Origin: Thermoplasmata archaeon
GTDB taxonomy: Archaea > Thermoplasmatota > Thermoplasmata > UBA10834
DNA length: 47,916 bases
Assembly (NCBI GenBank): GCA_041550275.1
Contig: JBFEPA010000001.1
Span: 1 to 47,916 of the forward strand
Reading direction: 5' to 3'
Part shown: one piece after another, positions 8,803-17,837 of the stretch
Numbering within the stretch: position 1 is the first letter of the stretch
Layout: each line of letters starts with the position of its first letter
Made by a program: the position numbers and the translations under genes
Notes under the pieces: model-generated
Databases searched by the model: none
The model's input: only the letters and a program-made list of their open reading frames with translations
Told to the model about the DNA's origin: nothing

Positions 8803-9996
8803 TTGCGTACGGATTTCGGCATCAGTCTGGCAAGGCTTGCATTGGCCACAGTCCTGATAGCCATGGTCATGCTCCCCTTATCTGCAACCACCTCCTCGGC
8901 ACACCTACCGGTGTTTGACAGCGGAGGTGAGTCCTATGATACTGCGGATCGAATTGAGAACCTTGAGACATCGTTTGCCTTCTACGGCGAGCTGCCACTC
9001 ATGACGCCGGGAGACCCCGAAGGGTCGAAATACTATGTCTTTGAAGGGAAAGAAGGTCAGGAGCTGAAGTTCGAGATTGGCAAGAAGGAGTTCTTCTTCG
9101 CTCCTTGCGTGCTGCTAGTCGGGCCAGGGCTTCCGAACCCTGACAAGGATGCGAAGAACATCATCAACAGCAGCGGTCTGAACCTGCCGGCCGGATCGGG
9201 AGCGTTGGGATGGTCCTCCGTATTCCTGCCTTTCGTAATCTATCTCGCAGAGACAGAATTTGAGCCGTTCACCCAGACCACCTTCTATTACGCCTACAGC
9301 GAGAGCGTTCTGCTGCCGTCAGACGGGACGTATTACTTCATCATGACTGGTGTGGTGTATTCTGAGGAACTAGGAGGTTATCAGATAAGCTCTGGCAAGT
9401 ACTTCCTGGTCACCGGCTACGAGGAGGAGTTCACCGTGCTGGACTTCGTGCTCATGCCTTGGTACTGGTTGAAGGTTCAGAGCTTCTGGAGTGAGCATGG
9501 AGAGATGTTATTCATCTTGCCGACTGCGGCGGTTCTGCTCCTCCTCCTTGCTGCGGAGGCGTTCCGATTGAGGAAGGATGAGGATTTCTCCGGGAGGACG
9601 GAGCCTGCCAGATCTTTGTATTTCGTAGGTGCAACGGGCTCGTTCCTGATGATAGGTGGTGCAGTCCACCAGATATCGCTGCTGATAGTGTATTCGGGGG
9701 AGCACGAATGGGAGGGAATCGCGTTCCTCGTTCTCTCCCTACAGCTGGCAGGCATTGCTCTCGGGGTTACATCAGCCAGATTCGTGAAGAGGCATCTCTT
9801 CAACATGAAGGCGGCCTCATTGACCCTTGGGGGTGTAATCGTGACAATCGCCCTGGTGCTTGGGGCAGGTGTAATCATCGGACCGCTGTTGTTCTTTGGC
9901 AGTCTGGTTGTCATGATGCTAGTCAACCAGCGCGTGCATCGGGGTGAATCCCGGGGCGAAGAGGACATTCAACCTCAAGACAATCGCGATTCGTAG
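8803..9996 (+). CDS. Membrane protein of unknown function: signal peptide, about 200-aa extracellular domain, then 4-5 TM helices
   Basis: 397-aa ORF with a TTG start (uncertain). The predicted cleavage site ..TSSA/HLPVF would leave an N-terminal His. The C-terminal half is strongly hydrophobic. Confidence 0.6.
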   Translation: MRTDFGISLARLALATVLIAMVMLPLSATTSSAHLPVFDSGGESYDTADRIENLETSFAFYGELPLMTPGDPEGSKYYVFEGKEGQELKFEIGKKEFFFAPCVLLVGPGLPNPDKDAKNIINSSGLNLPAGSGALGWSSVFLPFVIYLAETEFEPFTQTTFYYAYSESVLLPSDGTYYFIMTGVVYSEELGGYQISSGKYFLVTGYEEEFTVLDFVLMPWYWLKVQSFWSEHGEMLFILPTAAVLLLLLAAEAFRLRKDEDFSGRTEPARSLYFVGATGSFLMIGGAVHQISLLIVYSGEHEWEGIAFLVLSLQLAGIALGVTSARFVKRHLFNMKAASLTLGGVIVTIALVLGAGVIIGPLLFFGSLVVMMLVNQRVHRGESRGEEDIQPQDNRDS

Positions 9997-10030
9997 ATCT
10001 CATAGCACGCGGTCTGCGTACTACCTTCAT

Positions 10031-10125
10031 TGATTTCACGAGGAAAGGCGATGAAAAGGTCTATATCCCGGTACAAAAACCCTCTGATTGAAAAATGGCC
10101 AGTCATCGCGTTTCAAAGTCGCTTC
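10031..10125 (+). repeat. Intergenic modular repeat, copy R7
   Basis: tgatttcacgaggaaaggcgatgaaaaggt matches R8 at 28 of 30 nt. The whole unit aligns to R10 at about 75% over roughly 75 nt. It contains ccctctgattga and ccagtcatc. A weak B-like tail (gcgtttcaaagtcgcttc) covers the cphA stop codon. Confidence 0.75.
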
Positions 10126-12737
10126 TTACTTTTCGCCAATAAATTCTCTTTGTATTCCAAAACATCAATGATTGCCCTATTAAAAAAGTTGGCCTGAATG
10201 ACAATCAGGTCGCCCTCTTTTGCCATTTTAAGAGCCGCTAGTATGGCAGCATGCTCTTCGGGGACCATCTCAATGTTATCTTCAGGGAATCCCGTGGATA
10301 GTATGCCCTTGCGCACCAGTTCAGCGGTTTCACCGGTCTTTCGCTGTCTGGGACACGCATCGCAAAGGATGATGTGATCGTACATATTCCCCATATTTCT
10401 GCCAAAATTGAATATGTCCACGTCTCTCCTGTCACCCGTGCCGCTTCCGACATTGATCTTTCTCCCTCTTGCAAGGTGAGGAATGAGATTCGCCAATGCT
10501 TCCAGGGCCGAGGGGTTGTGTCCGTAATCAATCAAAACCTTGAATGTGTCAACATCTATGAGATTCGCCCTGCCGGGTAATTGTCCCGTTGATGGATTGA
10601 ATGTAACAAGGCTGAGTTGTATGGTCTTGATATCTATGCCTATCGCATAAGTTGCCGCTACTACGGCCAGGGTATTGGAGACATTGAATGTTGCTTTCCC
10701 GTCAAAAGTAATCGGAATTGTGTTTATCTTCGCTATATGAATGTCAGATGCGCCTTTTCTCAGGATAATCTCTCCGTCCTTGATGGTCACGGCAACCCCA
10801 CCGTTGGAGATGTGAGATGCAAGTGCTGGATTATCATCGTGGATAGAGAATAATATAGATTTTGCCTTGATGACGTCTTTGTATTTCAGGGTCCACTCAT
10901 CATCGGCATTTAAAACAGCAAACCCCTCAGGTTTTACTGTTTCGACCACGAGTCCCTTGAGTTCTGCCAGTTCCTCCATGGTGTTGATTCCATCCAAGCC
11001 CAAGTGGTCGGGAGATACGTTTAGGACAACGCCTACATCGCTTTCATCGTAACCCAACCCCCTCCTCAGGATGCCGCCACGGGCGACCTCCAAGATTGCG
11101 TGGTCTACAAGCGAATCCTTCAGGATGTGTTTTGCTCCCCCCGGACCACTGTAGTCCCCCTTTAGTACCAATTGGTTTCCGATCTCGACGCCGTCCGTGC
11201 AGCACATTCCCACGTTCTTTCCCGCGTATTTCAGGATATGAGCTATAAATCGGACCGTGGTTGTCTTCCCGTTCGTACCGGTAACCGCTATGATGGGGAT
11301 TGTGCTCTTACTGCCTGGGGGGAACAGCATGTCGACAACAGGTTTGGCAACGTTTCGCTTGGTGCCGTAGCAAGGGTCCAGATGCATCCGGAATCCCGGG
11401 GCAGCGTTCACCTCTACGATCCCGCCGCCAGTTTCCTTCAGAGGCTTCTCAAGGTTGGGTGCTACCACATCGATTCCCATGACATTGATGTCAATTAATT
11501 TAGATATCCGCTCCGCCATCTTCTTGATATGAGGATGTACCTCATCAGTCACATCTATCGAGCAACCGCCAGTACTCATGTTGGCGGTGGATTTGAGGCG
11601 AAGTATTCTACCCTCAGGAAGTACATCCGTGAGTTTCCGCTCATGCTGTCTGAGCAGTCTCCTCGTCATGCTATCTATCCTTATTTTTGTAAGGACTTTC
11701 TCGTGTCCGATGCCGCGTCTCGGATCTTTGTTAATCGCGTCTATCAATTCGCGAATTGTTGATTTCCCGTCGCCCATCACGCTGGCAGGTTCCCTTCTCG
11801 CAGCCGCGACGAGCTCTCCATTGATGACCAGCAACCTGTGGTCATAACCTTCTAGATGCTTCTCAACAAGTACGTAGTCATGGAATTTCTTCGCGCTTGC
11901 GTATGCCATCCGGAGTTCCTTTTCGTTATTGACAAGTGCCGTGATACCCTTCCCATGATGACCGACCAGCGGTTTCACGGCAACTGGGTATCCCACATTG
12001 CTGGCAACAGTGACCGCTCCCTGCAGATCCCGCACAGATTCTCCCCTGGGAACAGGCACACCCGCATCCTCCAGTATCTCCTTGGTCTGCTCTTTATCGT
12101 CTGCAATATCAACGCCGATGGCAGAGGTATTGAACATCATGGTGGCCTGAATCCTCCGCTGGTGTACTCCGTGACCCAACTGAACATAACTCTGATTATT
12201 GAGGCGGATATACGGAATCCCGCGGCTCGCCGCCTCCTTTATTATCGAAAAAGTCGAGGGGCCAAATAGATTTGCCTCACGCACTTCCTTCAATTGAGAG
12301 ATGATTGAGGCAATCCTGATTCGTCGATTCTGGAATAAGGCATCCACTATCCTTACGGCCGCCTCTCCGGCTTCGATGCCAGCCTCGGGGCTTCGATATC
12401 TGAAGACAACGGTGTAAACGCCCTTTTCGGAGGTTTCGCGCGTCTTGCCGAAACCGACGTTCATATTCGCAAGACACTGGAGTTCAATCGCCACATGTTC
12501 GACGATATGACCCGCCCAGGTTCCGGTCTCGACCCTCTCCAAGAAACCACCGGGATAACCCAAGGAGCACCGATGTTCCGCTATGGTAGGTATCAGCCTG
12601 CAAAGTCTGTCTTTCAGGCCGGGAACCATATCTGACGGTTTTCCCTCCAGTTCGCCGATATCCAAAAGCATGTAGATTACAGGATAGCGACTGTAGTAGT
12701 TCGAGCCATAGAGGGCGCGGATTTCCCTAATAATCAT
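10113..12737 (-). CDS. cphA: Cyanophycin synthetase
   Basis: 874 aa. The N-terminus MIIREIRALYGSNYYSRYPVIYMLLDIGELE is characteristic of CphA. A central ATP-grasp region follows (GYPVAVKPLVGHHGKGI). The C-terminal Mur-ligase-like domain carries the P-loop VTGTNGKTTT. The length is typical of CphA1. Confidence 0.95.
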   Translation of the reverse strand: MIIREIRALYGSNYYSRYPVIYMLLDIGELEGKPSDMVPGLKDRLCRLIPTIAEHRCSLGYPGGFLERVETGTWAGHIVEHVAIELQCLANMNVGFGKTRETSEKGVYTVVFRYRSPEAGIEAGEAAVRIVDALFQNRRIRIASIISQLKEVREANLFGPSTFSIIKEAASRGIPYIRLNNQSYVQLGHGVHQRRIQATMMFNTSAIGVDIADDKEQTKEILEDAGVPVPRGESVRDLQGAVTVASNVGYPVAVKPLVGHHGKGITALVNNEKELRMAYASAKKFHDYVLVEKHLEGYDHRLLVINGELVAAARREPASVMGDGKSTIRELIDAINKDPRRGIGHEKVLTKIRIDSMTRRLLRQHERKLTDVLPEGRILRLKSTANMSTGGCSIDVTDEVHPHIKKMAERISKLIDINVMGIDVVAPNLEKPLKETGGGIVEVNAAPGFRMHLDPCYGTKRNVAKPVVDMLFPPGSKSTIPIIAVTGTNGKTTTVRFIAHILKYAGKNVGMCCTDGVEIGNQLVLKGDYSGPGGAKHILKDSLVDHAILEVARGGILRRGLGYDESDVGVVLNVSPDHLGLDGINTMEELAELKGLVVETVKPEGFAVLNADDEWTLKYKDVIKAKSILFSIHDDNPALASHISNGGVAVTIKDGEIILRKGASDIHIAKINTIPITFDGKATFNVSNTLAVVAATYAIGIDIKTIQLSLVTFNPSTGQLPGRANLIDVDTFKVLIDYGHNPSALEALANLIPHLARGRKINVGSGTGDRRDVDIFNFGRNMGNMYDHIILCDACPRQRKTGETAELVRKGILSTGFPEDNIEMVPEEHAAILAALKMAKEGDLIVIQANFFNRAIIDVLEYKENLLAKSKKRL

Positions 12738-13609
12738 TAATCATCCTCATTACCTTTCTGACAGGTCGGGCTGAGATACTCTCTTGTCCAGATGTTATAT
12801 CCATGCCCTTTGGTCAGGGTGTGAACCAGAACCCCTTCGACTGCTATAGCTTCTCCGTCTTCTAGTGAAGAGATGTTCGAATATTTTATGCCATGTCCGT
12901 CAAATATTACAACCAAACCGTTACCGATTGCCTCCAAAATGTGTCCCTTTCGAATAATCACCCCTGTGTCTTCCCCCAGGCCCAGGCCTATATATCCTGG
13001 GTTCAAAGAGACCACCTCCATCAACCTGCTGAACCGGCCTCTCTTCATGAAATGGCTGTCAATTATCATACGTTTTACCAGGCCGACACCCCCAGTCATC
13101 TGAACTACGCCCTTACATAGGGCTTCACCGCTCTCACCGCCATATATCATCGTATCCGACATTGACGATGCACCTGCACTTGTTCCGGCAATTACACATT
13201 TTTCATTGAAGTATCTTCTTCTGACCTCTTGAAGAACAGGGGTGCCTCCGAGTATGCTGGTAATCTTAAGCTGGTCGCCGCCCGTGAAGAATACTATGTC
13301 GGCTTTCCGGATTCGCTCTAAATACTCGTTGCTATTTGCCTGGTCTCTCGTCCCAATATGAATAAGGTTGGCATTTGATACACCAATCTTCTCAAATGCA
13401 TTGAGGTATGCCGTTCCGGTTTCTTCCGGTATTCCACTGGCCGTAGTAATGATCTCAGCAATCGGGTTATTGTTATTCGTAACCTCGATTATCTTTCTTA
13501 GTATATCCAGGTCATTATCCTTGTCCTCATTCCCACCTACGACGACCAAAACACCTTCAGGAATATCAGATCTGTTTCCCAACATGTCTGATGTTGTGTT
13601 TTTCATCAT
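12737..13609 (-). CDS. cphB: Cyanophycinase (peptidase S51)
   Basis: 290 aa from the ATG at 13609. Motifs include VVVGGNEDKD, FFTGGDQLKI and the Ser-nucleophile context AGTSAGASSMSDTMI. Its stop TAA overlaps the cphA ATG by 1 nt (TAATG at 12735-12739, minus strand). Confidence 0.9.
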   Translation of the reverse strand: MMKNTTSDMLGNRSDIPEGVLVVVGGNEDKDNDLDILRKIIEVTNNNNPIAEIITTASGIPEETGTAYLNAFEKIGVSNANLIHIGTRDQANSNEYLERIRKADIVFFTGGDQLKITSILGGTPVLQEVRRRYFNEKCVIAGTSAGASSMSDTMIYGGESGEALCKGVVQMTGGVGLVKRMIIDSHFMKRGRFSRLMEVVSLNPGYIGLGLGEDTGVIIRKGHILEAIGNGLVVIFDGHGIKYSNISSLEDGEAIAVEGVLVHTLTKGHGYNIWTREYLSPTCQKGNEDD

Positions 13610-13718
13610 ACCCCAGTACTCTATTTCCGTATTTAAGGACAATTGCAGTTCAACAAGTAATATACTACACCATACACCCCGCAAAAGCATTATCAATACC
13701 AATCATATAGGCGTGTTC
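13610..13718. promoter_or_regulatory. A/T-rich divergent control region between cphB and the Cys-Ntn hydrolase gene
   Basis: The spacer is 109 bp. TATA-like elements are present: tatttaagg (cphB side, about 30 nt upstream of its ATG) and taatatac / atcatatagg (plus-strand side). Confidence 0.35.
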
Positions 13719-14516
13719 ATGTGTCGCCTTTTCGGGTCGTTCTCGCTAGATTCTTCTGATCTTCGCCAGTACCTTTACCAAGATGAATGCTCCCTTCTTA
13801 ATCAATCCAATGTGAAGCCTTCTGAGAAGCAAGCACATGGATGGGGTCTCGCATACCTGGAAGACAAGGTGAAGGTTGTCAAGAGTCCTGGAGCGATATT
13901 CGACGAAGTACCACAATTCAAGGACATGGTTGGCAAGATGAATTCTCCTATTGTCCTTGCCCACATCAGACGTATGAGCAATCCTCGTAGGCTTCCAAGG
14001 AAGAGATTGATATCGATGGAGAACGCACAGCCTTTCTCCATACCAGATCTAATGTTTATTCATAATGGTGCAGTCAACAAACCAAATGAGGTGGATATCG
14101 GAGAATACAGAACATTGGTGAAAGGTGATAATGATTCCGAGGTGCTTTTCTGGCTTCTTGTAAAGAAACTTGAGGAAGAGAAACAGGTAGAGAAGGCATT
14201 GATTTCCGTGGAAAGAACATTGAACGCAACCGTAGAAAAAGGAAAGAAGCCTTTCACGGCCATCAATATGATATTTTCAGATGGCAAGGTGTTTCACGCC
14301 TACAACAACTATACTTGTCAACCCATGAATTCTCTGTGTTCCTCTAAACAGGGATATTACTCTATGAGTTATCTTGTGGAAAAAGACAGGATAATTGTTA
14401 TGTCAGAACCATCCAATCTGGATGATGATTGGCAGATCCTCAATAATCGTGAGATGTTGAGCGCCAGGATCGAGGACGGAAGATTATCCTACTCGATAAA
14501 GAGAATTCGGGTATGA
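13719..14516 (+). CDS. Class II glutamine amidotransferase-like Cys-Ntn amidohydrolase (YafJ/EgtC-type)
   Basis: 265 aa starting MCRLFG, so Cys2 is the nucleophile after Met removal. HGWGLAY and AHIRRMSN fit the GATase_4 fold. The longer ORF from 13368 overlaps cphB and is rejected. Confidence 0.8.
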   Translation: MCRLFGSFSLDSSDLRQYLYQDECSLLNQSNVKPSEKQAHGWGLAYLEDKVKVVKSPGAIFDEVPQFKDMVGKMNSPIVLAHIRRMSNPRRLPRKRLISMENAQPFSIPDLMFIHNGAVNKPNEVDIGEYRTLVKGDNDSEVLFWLLVKKLEEEKQVEKALISVERTLNATVEKGKKPFTAINMIFSDGKVFHAYNNYTCQPMNSLCSSKQGYYSMSYLVEKDRIIVMSEPSNLDDDWQILNNREMLSARIEDGRLSYSIKRIRV

Positions 14517-14661
14517 TTCTTGCTTGTCCAGCTGGCGAGTATAACCATGATCAATTACAGACACGGCCTGTACCAGGATTTCACATATGGGATTTCGATC
14601 TGTTCATCGAGCACCATCTCCAGAGTATCAATGCAGAAGTAACTGCTGACGGCTAGGGCGG

Positions 14662-15189
14662 TCAGACGGTTCTGTATTCGTGCTCGAACTCGTCCTCCCA
14701 ATGTGACGCGTATGAAATGTCGCCATCCTTGAACTTCCTGACTGCCAGTCCGGCCAGTGTATGGGCAAGCTCGGCGTCTCTCTCCCTCCAGACCGCTCTC
14801 GCGTCCGGAGGAACGAACAGATACGTTGGCGATTCGTCAATGAACCTCGGCGGCAACCTCGCAAGGGCGAATATGTCACACGCCCTCTCGTCTCCGGGTA
14901 TGCCCTGGGAATTGAACTGAGCTAGATGCATGAGCTCATGGGCAATCGTCCAATACGTCGGGTATCGCCATGCGCCGTTCTTCTCCTTCCGTACCTCCAG
15001 CTTCAGCTTGACGGACCCGCTGTTCGACTGAAAGACGAATCCCTCAAAGAACCGTGTCAAGCCTATTGTGATCTGCGGCTTCAGCTCCGGGAAGTAAGGC
15101 TGTAATGTGTTCAACCTCCGCGAAAGCTCTTCCCTAACCTCTTCCGGCAGCCCACGCGCTTTCCTCGTCCACGAGATCTCCATCGGCAT
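14662..15189 (-). CDS. Putative zinc metallopeptidase (HEXXH motif)
   Basis: 175 aa with an ATG start. It contains WTIAHELMHLAQF. No signal peptide is visible. I cannot resolve the family by eye (SprT/DUF45-like). Confidence 0.6.
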   Translation of the reverse strand: MPMEISWTRKARGLPEEVREELSRRLNTLQPYFPELKPQITIGLTRFFEGFVFQSNSGSVKLKLEVRKEKNGAWRYPTYWTIAHELMHLAQFNSQGIPGDERACDIFALARLPPRFIDESPTYLFVPPDARAVWRERDAELAHTLAGLAVRKFKDGDISYASHWEDEFEHEYRTV

Positions 15190-15240
15190 ATGACCCCCGT
15201 AGTACCCATCCAGTTCTTAGTTAATCCGATTCAAGCCCCT

Positions 15241-15377
15241 GAGAAGGAGGCCGAGAAGGAGTCTAGCTCGGTGCCAATTCCTAGACATAGAGCTGACCCA
15301 TTCAATCGGGTTTGCACGTCGCACAAACTGAACCGTCGATTTCACGAGGAAAAGCGATGAAAAGGTTTGCATATCGG
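15241..15377 (+). repeat. Intergenic modular repeat, copy R8 (full unit plus the start of a second)
   Basis: It reads gagaaggaggccgagaaggagtctagctcggtgcc..cccattcaatcgggtttgcacgtcgcac, then gatttcacgaggaaaagcgatgaaaaggtttgcatatcgg. It links the A, G and B modules to the module seen at the start of R7. Confidence 0.8.
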
Positions 15378-15437
15378 ATCGTTAGGACTTGGGCTCACCA
15401 AGATCTGTAGTATCAGTGTCGGAATCATTTGGTCCGA

Positions 15438-16595
15438 TTACGATAATCGCGACTCGTAATCCTCATATCGTGATCGACGGACGATCCTGACCTCGTTGGA
15501 TTTTGTGATTACCGCAATCGCCGGGAGCGGGATCCCATTGAACATGTTGTTGCTCACGACCGAATATGAAGCCAAGTCGCGGAACATGACTCTCGATCCT
15601 CTGTGCAGCGGTTTCTCGAATGAGAAATCTCCCAATATGTCCCCGGAGAGGCAGCTTCGGCTCGCCAATCGATATGTATGCTCCAGCCTGCCTGGCTCTT
15701 CTCCCCCGATAACCTCCAGCTTGTACGATGCGATCAGAACATCTTGAACATGAGCCCAGGCGGATATGTCTAGGATGGCGATGTCCATCTCGTTGCGAAC
15801 GATATCGAGTACCGTAGCCAATAGGACTCCTGCGTTCAACGCGACGGCCTCTCCCGGCTCCATGTAGACGTCTACGCCGTGCTCCTCTCTGAAATCTGAG
15901 ATGACCCTATACAACCGATCGATATCGTAATCCGGTGCAGTTACGAGCTGCCCTCCACCGAAGTTGACCCACTCGACCTGCGAGAGATGATGCCCGAACT
16001 TCTCCTCGACCACATTGACCAGCTTCTCCAGTGAGTCAGAGTTCTGCTGACACAGGGCGTGGAAATGGAGTCCCTCTATTCCCTCCGGAATGCCCTTCAG
16101 GTCATCGGCTTTCACGCCGAAGCGACTGCACCTCGCACATGGGTCCCAAAGACCGATTGGTATCTCGGAGTACTCGGGATTGATGCGAATGCCGCAGCTT
16201 ATCTTGCGTGGATTCTTCTCCACGAGTGGGAGAAGCCGTTCCCACTGGGGAATGGAGTTGAACACGATGTGATCGGAGATCTTGAGTATCTCCTCAAACT
16301 CGTGGTCGTCATAGGCAGGAGAGAACACATGGACCTCCTTCCCAAACCTCTCCTTTCCTAGACGCGCTTCGTATAGCCCGCTCGCGCAGGTTCCATGCAG
16401 ATATCGACCGATCAGAGGGAACAAATCGGGAATCGTGAATCCCTTCAGCGCCATGAGTATCTTGCAGCCAGTCAGTTCCTGGACGTTGCCAAGGATCTGG
16501 CAATTCCTCTCGATTGCCTGTTCGTCAATTACATAGCACGGCGAAGGAACCCTTGCCAATGCACCTTCCTCGTAACCGCTTGTGCGCTGCATCAT
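15438..16595 (-). CDS. nspC: Carboxy(nor)spermidine decarboxylase (PLP-dependent, alanine-racemase-fold)
   Basis: About 385 aa from the ATG at 16595; the ORF extends to a TTG at 16619. Motifs include CYVIDEQAIERN, ILMALKGF, HVFSPAY, GLHFHALC and EPGEAV, typical of CANSDC. Confidence 0.85.
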   Translation of the reverse strand: MMQRTSGYEEGALARVPSPCYVIDEQAIERNCQILGNVQELTGCKILMALKGFTIPDLFPLIGRYLHGTCASGLYEARLGKERFGKEVHVFSPAYDDHEFEEILKISDHIVFNSIPQWERLLPLVEKNPRKISCGIRINPEYSEIPIGLWDPCARCSRFGVKADDLKGIPEGIEGLHFHALCQQNSDSLEKLVNVVEEKFGHHLSQVEWVNFGGGQLVTAPDYDIDRLYRVISDFREEHGVDVYMEPGEAVALNAGVLLATVLDIVRNEMDIAILDISAWAHVQDVLIASYKLEVIGGEEPGRLEHTYRLASRSCLSGDILGDFSFEKPLHRGSRVMFRDLASYSVVSNNMFNGIPLPAIAVITKSNEVRIVRRSRYEDYESRLS

Positions 16596-16985
16596 GATCC
16601 ATAGGCATTCCCGCCTCAAAAAGGGTTACCGTTGTTCATGCAGGATTATGCATTGACCACTTCGAGGCTTCCCAAGGGTCAGGACAGAGTGATGTTCATT
16701 CGGCCGACACCAAGAACACTGGCACAAGTTGGGGGGACGAAGGCGCGAATCGGGAACCCGATAGTTGGCCGAGCATCAAGCTAGATTGAGGCCACAGAGG
16801 TAGAAAGGCGAGAAAGGATTGTTGGTGCCCGAGCTGTTACCTTCCAAGGAGTTCGTGACGCGTCTCGGTGAGAAGGGCTCAAGGTGAACGAGGGGGTCAC
16901 GACGTCGTGGGTCGAGGGTAGTTCATCGGATTTGTCCGGAAGGTCTATGACCCGACTTGCACATGTTTGCCGGGGAGATCGCGTC

Positions 16986-17771
16986 ATGCAGATCATTGAT
17001 TTGAGAGATGAGGACGAGGGGCTCTATTTCGTCTGTCTCGAGGATTGGTCAGATGAGATGAAGGAGGCAGGCGACCACAAGGAACGATGGTACGGAAGGA
17101 TGAAAGAGAAGGGCCTCAGAGTCAAGCTAGCGGTTGACGACAAGGGCGTGACGGGTGGGATGATCCAGTACATTCCGGTCGAACTCTCATCTGCCAGCGG
17201 CGAAGGCCTCTATTTCATCAATTGCATTTGGGTCCACGGGTACAAGCAGGGGAGAGGCGATTTCCGCAGGAAGGGGATGGGGAAGGCGCTTCTCAAAGCG
17301 GCAGAAGATGACGCCAAACGACTCGGGGCGAAGGGGATGGCCGCGTGGGGCCTCAGACTGCCCATATGGATGAAGGCATCATGGTTCAGGAAGCAGGGGT
17401 ACGACAATGCGGACAGGGAAGGCATGGCAGTCCTCCTGTGGAAACCGTTCACTCAGGACGCCAAACCACCGCGTTGGATCAAGCGGAGGAAGAGACCGCA
17501 GGCAACTCCAGGGAAGGTCACCGTGACTGCGTTCATGAACGGATGGTGCCCTGCCCAGAATCTAGTCTATGAACGGGCCAAACGAGCGGCGGCTGAGCTG
17601 GGCGACAAGGTAGTGTTCAATGGCGTCGACACTTCTGAGAAGAGCACATACCTCGAATGGGGCATCGCTGACGGCCTGTTCGTAGACGACAAGATGGTGA
17701 GAACCGGGCCCCCGCCATCCTACGATACGGTGCGAAAGTTGATTGCCAAGAGAGTCAGGAGATTGAAGTAG
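16986..17771 (+). CDS. GNAT-family N-acetyltransferase fused to a C-terminal thioredoxin-fold domain
   Basis: 261 aa from the ATG at 16986. The GNAT core reads IWVHGYKQGRGDFRRKGMGKALLKAAEDDAKRLG. The C-terminal segment VTVTAFMNGWCPAQ..VFNGVD looks like a thioredoxin-like fold. Confidence 0.7.
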   Translation: MQIIDLRDEDEGLYFVCLEDWSDEMKEAGDHKERWYGRMKEKGLRVKLAVDDKGVTGGMIQYIPVELSSASGEGLYFINCIWVHGYKQGRGDFRRKGMGKALLKAAEDDAKRLGAKGMAAWGLRLPIWMKASWFRKQGYDNADREGMAVLLWKPFTQDAKPPRWIKRRKRPQATPGKVTVTAFMNGWCPAQNLVYERAKRAAAELGDKVVFNGVDTSEKSTYLEWGIADGLFVDDKMVRTGPPPSYDTVRKLIAKRVRRLK

Positions 17772-17837
17772 GGCATTCGTGCAGACGAGAACCCTATCAT
17801 TCTTGTGGGCGAACCGGCAGATTCCCAGACGAGCTCA

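Noticed and set aside
10049-10108. C/D-box sRNA, suggested by GATGAA ... CTGA within repeat copy R7
   Set aside because: The spacing between the box-like motifs is about 30 nt rather than the expected 12 or so. No C' or D pair is visible, and there are no terminal complementary ends.
13368-13718. Upstream 117 codons of the ORF containing the Cys-Ntn hydrolase
   Set aside because: This part runs antisense through the cphB 5' region. Ntn amidotransferase-fold enzymes require Cys directly after the initiator Met (MCRLFG at 13719).
10113-14516. Mobile-element genes (integrase, transposase, terminal inverted repeats, flanking tRNA) bounding the low-G+C cyanophycin island
   Set aside because: None were found. 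The island is flanked only by the ubiquitous intergenic repeat units, which occur at almost every spacer and so are not specific island borders.
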